DNA of 39,733 nt from the NCBI GenBank assembly GCA_035473115.1, contig DATION010000007.1, positions 1-39,733 of the forward strand, read 5' to 3'. The DNA is from Candidatus Udaeobacter sp. (lineage in GTDB: Bacteria; Patescibacteriota; Patescibacteriia; Magasanikbacterales; GWA2-37-8). Shown one piece after another: positions 1-7,588 of the stretch. The translations under genes and the position numbers were made by a program. Each line of letters opens with the position of its first letter. The first letter of the stretch is position 1. Below the pieces are notes generated by a model. That model was not told the DNA's origin, ran no database searches, and saw nothing but the letters and a program-made list of their open reading frames with translations.

Positions 1-135
1 ATGACAGAAAGAGGTGTAATGTGCGGTAAACAAAATTTTGAAGCTGGTGGAGGATCGTCAATTAGGTTTTCAGTAGAATGGAAAGATTTGGAAGATATTT
101 TGAATTTGGAATTGGTAAACAGGCTTCGGGAATAA
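1..135 (+). CDS. Possible 3' end of a CDS entering from the left edge (function unknown)
   Basis: Open frame from base 1 to TAA at 133-135 (...DLEDILNLELVNRLRE*); too short to assign. Confidence 0.4.
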   Translation: MTERGVMCGKQNFEAGGGSSIRFSVEWKDLEDILNLELVNRLRE

Positions 136-279
136 TTTTAACATCTCTTTTTCATTAGCAGAGCAGTGTCCCATTTGTCTAATTTTTTCCTAAAAAATCC
201 CTTTTTGAAAAAATAATTATCTATCTGTCAATTATTGATAAAAATCCAAAAATAACGAAATGTAGATTTTATAAAAACC

Positions 280-303
280 AAAATCCCCATAGCAGGGGAT
301 TTT
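280..303. terminator. Intrinsic terminator hairpin, probably bidirectional
   Basis: aaaatcccc-atagca-ggggatttt, between converging transcription units. Confidence 0.7.
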
Positions 304-406
304 GAGTTAAAGTTTTTTCACTTCAGAGCACCAGTCAAGCCAATAATTTTAGCTGTACTGGTGCATAGCTCCGAAGTGGCAAGGTTGGTTCGGGCTGCAC
401 TCGCTT

Positions 407-541
407 CTACTTGGTATTGGTTTGGGCAGGCGTGCCCGTGCAGCGCTTTCGGCCGCTCTTGCTGTGCTTCCCCTGACCCTTACACTTGGGGCAGTTGGTA
501 TCGATCACGATACGCTGCCGGATGTCGATCTTCTTGGCCAT
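407..541 (-). CDS. 44-aa basic protein with one CxxCxGxG (DnaJ-type zinc-knuckle-like) motif
   Basis: ATG at 541 after an AAGGGAG RBS; MAKKIDIRQRIVIDTNCPKCKGQGKHSKSGRKRCTGTPAQTNTK; own promoter upstream. Confidence 0.65.
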   Translation of the reverse strand: MAKKIDIRQRIVIDTNCPKCKGQGKHSKSGRKRCTGTPAQTNTK

Positions 542-600
542 CGCACGCTCCCTTCGTTCCCCCAGTAAGAGTTGTTGATAGCAGTTTAGGAGAACAAAGA

Positions 601-629
601 ATAATAGCATTTTTATCATATTTTGTCAA
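601..629 (-). promoter_or_regulatory. sigma70 promoter for the 44-aa gene
   Basis: TTGACA-17 nt-TATTAT on the minus strand. Confidence 0.75.
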
Positions 630-681
630 TATCATATATAGTTTATAAATTTCAAATAAAAAGTTTTTTAATTGTTTTATC

Positions 682-792
682 AACTAAAAAAGCCTTTCTG
701 TATAAGAAAGGCTTTTTTAAATTTGTTTTATACATCCGAGCTCGCATAACCTAACAAATTAATTATTAAGTTGTGCGAACGGCTCGGATGTG
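682..792. repeat. 111-bp two-hairpin element, copy 1
   Basis: 105/111 identical to 2406-2516 by manual alignment; terminator-like hairpin plus a long imperfect hairpin. Confidence 0.95.
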
Positions 793-829
793 TCTCTCTG
801 GGCAGTCGCGGCCGCGCGTTGCGATTGAA

Positions 830-1492
830 TCATTCAGCTGGTTGTGTTGCCAACCACACTTCTCGATGAAGTCGTCTGCGCAGCGGTGGGATGAGGGTAG
901 CTACCTTTTCAGATATTAGCAGCATCCAGACTGTGCCCTTGGTCGTTGTGGCATTGGCCCAGTTGTGCCAGCGCCACATACCAAAGTTATCGGAGGGCCG
1001 GCCATGATGCTTTGCATGGAGTTTGGATGGAAACGGTCCGCCCTCATGAGTCCATGCATGACACAGGTCATAGGCTAGAAGACAGGTGAATGCTCCCAGC
1101 AGGAATGCACCACTACCCCAGGCCACAAATCGAAACGAACAGAGTTCGAATCGCATGGCGATGGTCAGCACTATGAACAGGGCGATGCTCGTACCCGCAT
1201 AAAGGGTTCGGAGCGCTATCCAGCGCGGATTCGTTAGGGCAAAGCCGATCGCCCAACCTAGCTTGTTGGCCCATTCTCTGACCGATAGTTTGCGGCGGCA
1301 GGGTGTTACCTCTTGATGGATCTGGCGGTGATGAGCCAGATGATAGGCCCGGTATATGGCTGCAGATGATGGGCATTTTGGCCCACGTTCTACCAACCTC
1401 CCTTTGTGCGCGTAGCGATGCAGCGAAGCGATAGCCACCCCTGACCAGAAGTAGCCAAGTGCCATCAAGCCCAAGATTTTGAAGATCATCAT
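830..1492 (-). CDS. Fatty acid hydroxylase/sterol desaturase superfamily membrane di-iron enzyme
   Basis: Four His boxes HRYAH, HLAHH, HAWTH, HAKHH separated by hydrophobic segments; purine-rich RBS. Confidence 0.75.
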   Translation of the reverse strand: MMIFKILGLMALGYFWSGVAIASLHRYAHKGRLVERGPKCPSSAAIYRAYHLAHHRQIHQEVTPCRRKLSVREWANKLGWAIGFALTNPRWIALRTLYAGTSIALFIVLTIAMRFELCSFRFVAWGSGAFLLGAFTCLLAYDLCHAWTHEGGPFPSKLHAKHHGRPSDNFGMWRWHNWANATTTKGTVWMLLISEKVATLIPPLRRRLHREVWLATQPAE

Positions 1493-1640
1493 TTCTTTCC
1501 TTCCCCTTTTTCAAATTGTTGGTTTATGTGCGAGTAAAGCTAGCAATGCTTATTCATCTTATTTTAAGCACTTTTAGCTTTACTCACAAATATTGTAATG
1601 TGCAATTTTCCTGGTTTTTAAAACGTCAGGAAAACAGTTA

Positions 1641-1669
1641 AATTTACCATATGATAAGCAATTTGTCAA
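1641..1669 (-). promoter_or_regulatory. sigma70 promoter for the hydroxylase gene
   Basis: TTGACA-17 nt-TAAATT with a TG extended -10. Confidence 0.65.
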
Positions 1670-1722
1670 TAGGAATTCAAAAACAGCTTTTATGCTAGCA
1701 AGACCTACTTTGGCATATAATA

Positions 1723-1751
1723 TTGACTTTTATCTATTTTTTGTATATATT
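1723..1751 (+). promoter_or_regulatory. sigma70 promoter for 1771-2208
   Basis: TTGACT-17 nt-TATATT. Confidence 0.65.
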
Positions 1752-1770
1752 CCCGTGCAGGAGGATAATC

Positions 1771-2208
1771 ATGAAAAGGCTAATGCTAGTCATTATCATT
1801 TTGCTTTTGCTGCTAGCGGCAGCTTTGTGGTGGTTCTGGTTCAGAAACAAATGGGTGGAATTGTCACCTACTGACTCAGACCTGGGCGCTTCGGTCCATG
1901 TGGTCCGGGACTACAGCCTCAAGCCGAATGCTCCGCGTAGTCAGTGGGGGTTATGGGTTGTTCTACAGAACCTTGGCCCTGAACCTGTCAATGTGGCTTT
2001 TCGAACGGCAACGAACCATGTTGAGTACAAAAGATCGGTTCAGATCGGGATTGGAGAGATGGTTGCGCTGCGAGTTGGCCCAGAGGATGTGGACTTCCTG
2101 TTTCGGCGAATAAAGCCGGAAGATCCGGAGCCGCTGATGCCGAAGCATGTCGGTCGGTTTACCACGACCGAACTGGAGAAGAAGCATCCGCTGGTTTCTC
2201 GGCTCTGA
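1771..2208 (+). CDS. Hypothetical N-terminally membrane-anchored protein (145 aa)
   Basis: AGGAGG RBS before ATG 1771; hydrophobic N-terminus MKRLMLVIIILLLLLAAALWW. Confidence 0.75.
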   Translation: MKRLMLVIIILLLLLAAALWWFWFRNKWVELSPTDSDLGASVHVVRDYSLKPNAPRSQWGLWVVLQNLGPEPVNVAFRTATNHVEYKRSVQIGIGEMVALRVGPEDVDFLFRRIKPEDPEPLMPKHVGRFTTTELEKKHPLVSRL

Positions 2209-2405
2209 ATATCTCTTCGCGGTTCCTTCGTGGTACAGCAAATATTTGCAGACGCTGTTGTAAAGGCGTCGGCAGATTGATCAGAGAGCGCTTGTCTTTA
2301 TGTTTGAGACGAGCCGCCAAATTCAATTAGGAAAATTCGTAATTGGTGAGGCGAGATTGTTTTCTGGGTGTTTTTATTTTTTATTAATTAAGTGCATTTT
2401 TTAAT

Positions 2406-2516
2406 AACTAAAAAAGCTTTTCTATATCAGAAAAGCTTTTTTAAATTTGTTTTATACATCCGAGCTCACACAACCTAACAAATTAATTATTAAGTTGTGC
2501 GAACGGCTCGGATGTG
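2406..2516. repeat. 111-bp two-hairpin element, copy 2
   Basis: Direct repeat of 682-792, 3' of pyrE. Confidence 0.95.
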
Positions 2517-2586
2517 ATTGTCTGTTTGAGTTGCAAGCTGGTAGCGGGCAGCGCCGTTATCTGGGTATGCGATCGCCGCACATAAT

Positions 2587-3252
2587 TTATTGACTGGCAG
2601 TGAGTATTTCCCAGTTGTCTTTGGGTCGCAGCGCTTGCGAACCTGCTTTGCATAAAGGGCAATCGTTCGGCTTCCAGACAGTCATATCTCTGTTTACCAG
2701 ACTGATTATTTCTCTGCCGTCCGCCTCTTGCTGTCCGGACCAATTCATTAGAGCAGCTACTAAAGGTACTACTTCAGCTCCTTCTTTCATTACCGCATCT
2801 ACTGTCAACTTTACACTGCCAGCAGTAGTGATCGCGTCTTCACAAATTATAACCAGCGGTCTATTGTTTGATAACAGTTGACGCTCCACTTTGTTGAAGA
2901 CCATTTGCCTGAGGTCTCCATCGCCAACTTTTTCCGGAGAAGCCCAGAAACATGGTTGTCCGGTTAGTTGTATTTTCCGGGCACACATGAATTTTGCCAG
3001 CTGTGTGGCTCCGTTTTTAGGGCCAACCACTCCTTTTATTTTGTGGATATCAGTCTTTTGGACAGCAAGCTCAAAAAGATCGCAAGCTGCTTGATATAAC
3101 AATGATCTGTCAATCAATCTGCTGTTAAAATAGCATCCGGAGTGGTTGCCGGATGTAAGCAGCGCGTGTGGGTTATTAGGATTTCCATCATGTATCCATA
3201 AAGCGCCACAGCGCGAATATCTATCAGGCCAGACTGTTCCATTTCCAAACAT
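2587..3252 (-). CDS. pyrE: Orotate phosphoribosyltransferase-like type I PRTase
   Basis: LLTSGNHSGCYFN motif; PRPP-binding loop ICEDAITTAGSV; AGGAGG RBS; divergent from pyrF. Confidence 0.8.
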   Translation of the reverse strand: MFGNGTVWPDRYSRCGALWIHDGNPNNPHALLTSGNHSGCYFNSRLIDRSLLYQAACDLFELAVQKTDIHKIKGVVGPKNGATQLAKFMCARKIQLTGQPCFWASPEKVGDGDLRQMVFNKVERQLLSNNRPLVIICEDAITTAGSVKLTVDAVMKEGAEVVPLVAALMNWSGQQEADGREIISLVNRDMTVWKPNDCPLCKAGSQALRPKDNWEILTASQ

Positions 3253-3395
3253 TTGGTCCTCCTGTTTTTTAGGAATGATTTGGTTGCTAAAAGAATACTA
3301 ACTTAAAATTTAATTAAGGTAAAGACTAGTAATTGACATATTATATATAGTTGCCGTAGGATTATCGTACAACCAAGAGAGGCAGGTAGATCAAT

Positions 3396-4163
3396 ATGGC
3401 AATGATGACTCGGCAAGAAGCTGCTCAGAGAATTTATGTAGCCCTGGATGTTCCCAAAATCGAGCTCGCTGCGGAAGCTGTTGACGAGCTCGGCAACCGG
3501 GTCGGTGGCTACAAGATTGGGCTCGAACTCGGAACGTCCAAAGGCTGGAGCACGGTTCACAATGCGCTTACAGCGCAGGTTCAAGTTTCTGTGTTTGGAG
3601 ACATCAAGATCAAGGATATCCCCAAGACTGCTGGCAGAACGGCAGCTGCACTCATCAGAGGTAATCCCGGTTTCACTTTTTTCAATGTCCATGCCGATGG
3701 CGGCGAGGCGATGATTCAGGCGGCCAGGGAGCAGTCCGAAGCAGTGGCAGTTTCCGAAGGACGGCAGCGTCCCAAGCTGCTCGCCGTGACTGTTCTCACC
3801 AGCCTGGACGAGAGTGATCTCAGTAAGCAGGGCATCGCAGGTTCCACTGCCGATCAAGTCATTCGTCTAGGCAAGCTTGCAATCAGCGCGGGAGCAGACG
3901 GTCTGGTCTGTTCGGCGCGCGAGGTCATGCTGCTCAGGCAAGCTATCGGTCCGGAGCCAATCCTGATGGTGCCGGGCCTTCGGTTGCCAGGTTCAAGCAC
4001 GCGCGATCAAAAGCGTGTGATGGAACCGGGTGAGTTGGTTCGCATCGACCCCAAGGCTTTACTGGTCATTGGGAGCGACATCATGGACAAGTCTCCGGGT
4101 CAGCGTCTGGCTGCCCTAGAGCGAGTGATCGACAATATTATTTTCGGTATCCAACCGGAGTAA
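3396..4163 (+). CDS. pyrF: Orotidine-5'-phosphate decarboxylase
   Basis: VALD, GYKIG, DIKIKDIPKT (DxKxxDIPxT), VTVLTS, PGLR and DQKRV motifs. Confidence 0.92.
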   Translation: MAMMTRQEAAQRIYVALDVPKIELAAEAVDELGNRVGGYKIGLELGTSKGWSTVHNALTAQVQVSVFGDIKIKDIPKTAGRTAAALIRGNPGFTFFNVHADGGEAMIQAAREQSEAVAVSEGRQRPKLLAVTVLTSLDESDLSKQGIAGSTADQVIRLGKLAISAGADGLVCSAREVMLLRQAIGPEPILMVPGLRLPGSSTRDQKRVMEPGELVRIDPKALLVIGSDIMDKSPGQRLAALERVIDNIIFGIQPE

Positions 4164-4188
4164 TAACGAAGTACTTCTTCGCAGACCG

Positions 4189-4240
4189 AACAGCGGTGGC
4201 GAAGATGTTCGCCGGATTTTCGCCATTGCTGTTTTGTTTA
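4189..4240 (+). terminator. Long hairpin terminator after pyrF
   Basis: aacagcggtggcgaagat pairs with attttcgccattgctgtt (G-U pairs favour the plus strand), followed by a T-rich tail. Confidence 0.6.
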
Positions 4241-4315
4241 TAATTTATTTGTAATAAAAACAGCGCGAAAATCTGGTTTATATAAAAGGCGGGAAAGTTT
4301 TTTGGGTGTTTTTAT

Positions 4316-4355
4316 AAAAATAACCCCGCCCTTCGCGAAGGGTGGGGTTATTTTT
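4316..4355. terminator. Bidirectional intrinsic terminator
   Basis: aaaaataaccccgcccttc-gc-gaagggtggggttattttt. Confidence 0.8.
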
Positions 4356-4369
4356 AATTTATTAACTAT

Positions 4370-4738
4370 TTATTTTCCAGCTTTACAGGCATCTCTATCT
4401 GCAGCAGCTTGTTGCTTGGCAGCTTTTAAGACTGCTTTAGCTTCTTCGATTGCAGATCTTTTGTTGGTTCTGGCGGTCTGTACAGCAGCTTTACGTTCTA
4501 CTTTATCAGTTAATTGTCTAGCGGCAGTAACTTCAATTCTAAATCTGGCTTCAGCGTTATTTGCTGCATCGGTAAATACGGCTTCGGCTTCTGCAACAGT
4601 AGCGTCGTGAACTTTTTTGCATTCAGCGGCTGTAGCCTTAGGAGTTACAGCTGTATTTGTGCCGGCAGCCAAAGAGGCCATAGGCAAAGCCATTGTTAGT
4701 ACGGTTGCAAGTAGTAGAGAACTCATTAGTTTTTTCAT
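4370..4738 (-). CDS. Secreted Ala/Lys-rich helical protein
   Basis: Signal-peptide-like N-terminus (…LPMASLA-A); Ala-rich coiled-coil body; two Cys. Confidence 0.8.
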   Translation of the reverse strand: MKKLMSSLLLATVLTMALPMASLAAGTNTAVTPKATAAECKKVHDATVAEAEAVFTDAANNAEARFRIEVTAARQLTDKVERKAAVQTARTNKRSAIEEAKAVLKAAKQQAAADRDACKAGK

Positions 4739-4907
4739 AGATAAATTGGTTATTGGTTTTAGTAAGCTGTCGACCTTTTTTTAAGTTGACTCATTATAGC
4801 ACTATATAAAATAGCGTCAAATGATTTTTTACTGCCTTTTACAGATCTGTAATATATAACAATAAAACACTATATTAGTAGTGTTTTATTGTTTTTTTCG
4901 TACCTAT

Positions 4908-5525
4908 TTATTTTTTCGGATAAAAATAAAGTACACCGCTGATAATGGCTGCGAAAAAACACCAGACCGAAGTAAAATTAATGGCGTAGAAATACCAGGC
5001 TATAAGAGAAAAAATCAGTAACAGTACAGAAAATAATTTTATTATTGTCTTGCTGGAAATAGCACCAACGCCAACAGTGAAGAGAATATATAAATAGCCA
5101 AACAGAGTAGGGTAGGGTGCTAGGTTCGGATAAAAAAGGCATTGATTAATTATTTGCGCCGCTTCCGGTTTTTGTAAAAAAGCGGCATAAAGTATTATTC
5201 CAACTACGGCTCCGCCTAGACAAAATATAGAAATAATAAGTTGCCTAACTTTATTAGTCTCCAGCATTCGTGCTGCCAAAGGAATATAGATTGGCCAAAG
5301 CAGCAGAGCAAAAAATAAATAGATATCTGTCAGAGGTAGAGTGTATGGCCAGTGATTTTTTAGAGATAACCAGATGAGCCCTTCTGCAAATTGTTGGATG
5401 GCAAATAAAAGCGGCACTGCCATTAACATCCAAGCCTTTTTATTTTTGGTTTTGGCTAGAGTGGCTATACCCACAAAACCAATGGCGGCGCTGGCAGAAA
5501 AACTGGCGGTTGCAGAAAAGCACAT
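4908..5525 (-). CDS. Multi-pass membrane protein, DUF6629-like
   Basis: N-terminal MCFSATASF and C-terminal SVWCFFAA signatures; several hydrophobic segments. Confidence 0.7.
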   Translation of the reverse strand: MCFSATASFSASAAIGFVGIATLAKTKNKKAWMLMAVPLLFAIQQFAEGLIWLSLKNHWPYTLPLTDIYLFFALLLWPIYIPLAARMLETNKVRQLIISIFCLGGAVVGIILYAAFLQKPEAAQIINQCLFYPNLAPYPTLFGYLYILFTVGVGAISSKTIIKLFSVLLLIFSLIAWYFYAINFTSVWCFFAAIISGVLYFYPKK

Positions 5526-5716
5526 AAGTAAAATCGTACGTAATAAAATTTAAGCACTTGTTTATTATAGCACTCATTATCAAATTTTACTTCCTTAGTA
5601 TGTTTAAACTTTAACTGGCGGTAACATTTACGGACATTAACCATTTATCTTTAATATTGACAGAATGAGCAATTAATACTATAAAGACCACACACAACCT
5701 CCCAAAGGAGAGTCTT

Positions 5717-6481
5717 ATGGCAAGTTCAAAGTGGCCGGTTGATCCAGTTCCTGTTTCCGAAAGCATCAGCAGCTTGGTACGGCGATCTACAGCAGTTTTT
5801 TGTAAAGCCGATGACTCTTTGATAGGTTATTTTGGCAGTGTTGTTGGCCCGATCGAGTTTTTTCTCAGATGCCTGCCAAAGAATTGTATGACCAAATTGG
5901 TTGTGCATTTCCAGGGGTTTGGGGAAGAAGTTGGTACTATGGTGGTGAACACTAGAGTACAGCTTTGGTCAGGTGAAAATATCGCTCGGCTCACTTTCGA
6001 TGACCCTCAACCGGATCTTAGGTGTCTGGGAGGAGGGCCGAATTTCTGGAGTCCGTTTATTATCGCCATTGCCTGTGCGCATGAAAACGCGCCGGTTTGT
6101 TTCCACAAAGATGGTGATGCTAGCAAGTTCATTTCACTTGCCAGCGATCTGTCTTTCATGCCTGTGGGTGTGGTAGAACTGCTGAAGCAGTATGAGAAGG
6201 ATATCATATACGATGCTCACAGTTTTGGTACCAAGGTTCAGCGCTCCGATGCTGGCAAGCAGATTTTGGCCTTTGGACTGCAGGCGTTGCCCAAGATACT
6301 GTCATATCTTGGGGCGAATCCACCAACAGAAGAAGAGGTGAGTCGCGCTTGGGCAAGCATTATCAGCCGTATCGCTGTTAGTCACAAGCTTCATAGCCCT
6401 CACAACCTGCTGCTTAACTTGTCAGCATGGACTGATTGGGCCAAGAATGTTATTTCTCCCGCTCCTGTTCAAGCGCTCTAA
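5717..6481 (+). CDS. Hypothetical protein (254 aa)
   Basis: Long ORF, AAAGGAG RBS, upstream TTGACA at 5657-5662, terminator downstream; no motif recognised. Confidence 0.75.
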   Translation: MASSKWPVDPVPVSESISSLVRRSTAVFCKADDSLIGYFGSVVGPIEFFLRCLPKNCMTKLVVHFQGFGEEVGTMVVNTRVQLWSGENIARLTFDDPQPDLRCLGGGPNFWSPFIIAIACAHENAPVCFHKDGDASKFISLASDLSFMPVGVVELLKQYEKDIIYDAHSFGTKVQRSDAGKQILAFGLQALPKILSYLGANPPTEEEVSRAWASIISRIAVSHKLHSPHNLLLNLSAWTDWAKNVISPAPVQAL

Positions 6482-6502
6482 ATACAGTTGAGCCTTGGGG
6501 AT

Positions 6503-6576
6503 AAAAAATAAGCCACTCTAACGTCACTATATTTTCATGATTTGAAAGTTTGGTGACGGGTGGCTTATTTTTTTTT
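6503..6576 (+). terminator. Extended hairpin terminator
   Basis: aaaataagccact/ggtggcttatttt outer stem with inner cgtcac/gtgacg stem, then a T run. Confidence 0.7.
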
Positions 6577-6703
6577 GGCAATACTTAAAAGCAAAAGATG
6601 TTGATTCGTATGCGTGAATCTTTTTTATATTTTTTATTTTGTTTGACAGTCTATATATTTTATAGGTAGCATAAAATAAGAAACCAAAAACAAGGATGGT
6701 ACA

Positions 6704-7351
6704 ATGTCGCGAAATAACAGAGCGCAGGTTTTACTGCTCGTATCATTTTTTCTGCTAAATATTTTTGGGCAGGCGCGAGCAGATAACAAGCCAGTTTTCA
6801 AACTGCCGCTTCCAGCTGGTTTCGCTTGGCGGGTTCATACTATGGTTGGCGGCAAGTGCGGCCGTAAATGTTATAACCGACATCATTCAGATAAGAAAAA
6901 CGGTTATTACGCAATTGACTTGAACCCCATAGTGAAATCCGGAAACGAAATAACATTGGTCGCCGATGGAGAAGAGGGGATGGTAGATGTTTTGGCTGCG
7001 GCTGATGGAATTATTATTGAAGCTGTCAGTGCACCTTGTCACAATCGTGGTCCGATTTGTAAAGTTGTCATTGACCATGGCAATGGTTACACAACTACGT
7101 ATTTGCATTTAGCCGAGAATAGTTTGGCAGTTGAAGTTGGAGACAAAGTTCGGCAAGGACAGGTAATAGCCGAGATGGGCAATACCGGTCCGTCAGATGG
7201 AACACATCTCCATTTCCAGGTAAGCTATAAGGGTGGCAGCAGATCTAATCTATCAGAGTTGAAAAGTATTACTTTAGAAGGCATTCGTTTATCAGATTTT
7301 CAAACCGGCTCTTTCTATATATCAACTAACGTTTCACCTCAACCTCTCTAA
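6704..7351 (+). CDS. Secreted M23 family metallopeptidase (peptidoglycan hydrolase)
   Basis: Signal peptide; H...YAID, YLHL, GNTGPSDGTHLHFQV zinc motifs. Confidence 0.9.
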   Translation: MSRNNRAQVLLLVSFFLLNIFGQARADNKPVFKLPLPAGFAWRVHTMVGGKCGRKCYNRHHSDKKNGYYAIDLNPIVKSGNEITLVADGEEGMVDVLAAADGIIIEAVSAPCHNRGPICKVVIDHGNGYTTTYLHLAENSLAVEVGDKVRQGQVIAEMGNTGPSDGTHLHFQVSYKGGSRSNLSELKSITLEGIRLSDFQTGSFYISTNVSPQPL

Positions 7352-7395
7352 TTTTTTGATGAAGAGAGTGTAAAGATAAATGTTAAAAACAACCC

Positions 7396-7414
7396 AGCTG
7401 GCCCAAAGCCAGCT
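7396..7414. terminator. Terminator hairpin between the convergent M23 and S9 genes
   Basis: agctggc-ccaaa-gccagct with T-rich flanks on both strands. Confidence 0.55.
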
Positions 7415-7442
7415 TTTCCATTTGAAAAGAAGTAATTATTTT

Positions 7443-7500
7443 TGCTTTTCGTCCTGCGATGTTTGTGGACTCATCAGTTTTGGTCTCACCAAAAGAAGCA
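7443..7500 (-). ncRNA. Type III hammerhead ribozyme
   Basis: Minus strand: UGCUU-C^-UUUUGGU gag ACCAAAA-CUGAUGA-GUCC acaaacaucgca GGAC-GAA-AAGCA; all core positions and stems I-III match the consensus. Confidence 0.9.
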
Positions 7501-7588
7501 CATTGGAGAGTGGCAAGACACTCTCCGGGCCGACGACTGAACTCATCCTTGCAGTCTCGCTCTTGGCGAAGCTATGAGTTTGTGTTGC

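Noticed and set aside
682-792. Integron attC interpretation of the 111-bp repeat
   Set aside because: The AAC...GTT core-like sites are under 20 nt apart, much shorter than attC sites; no L boxes and no integrase in the window
3303-3857. Antisense or shadow ORFs in the track (for example 3303-3857, 12098-12577, 33741-34172, 36013-36456)
   Set aside because: They overlap well-supported genes or tRNAs on the opposite strand and lack motifs
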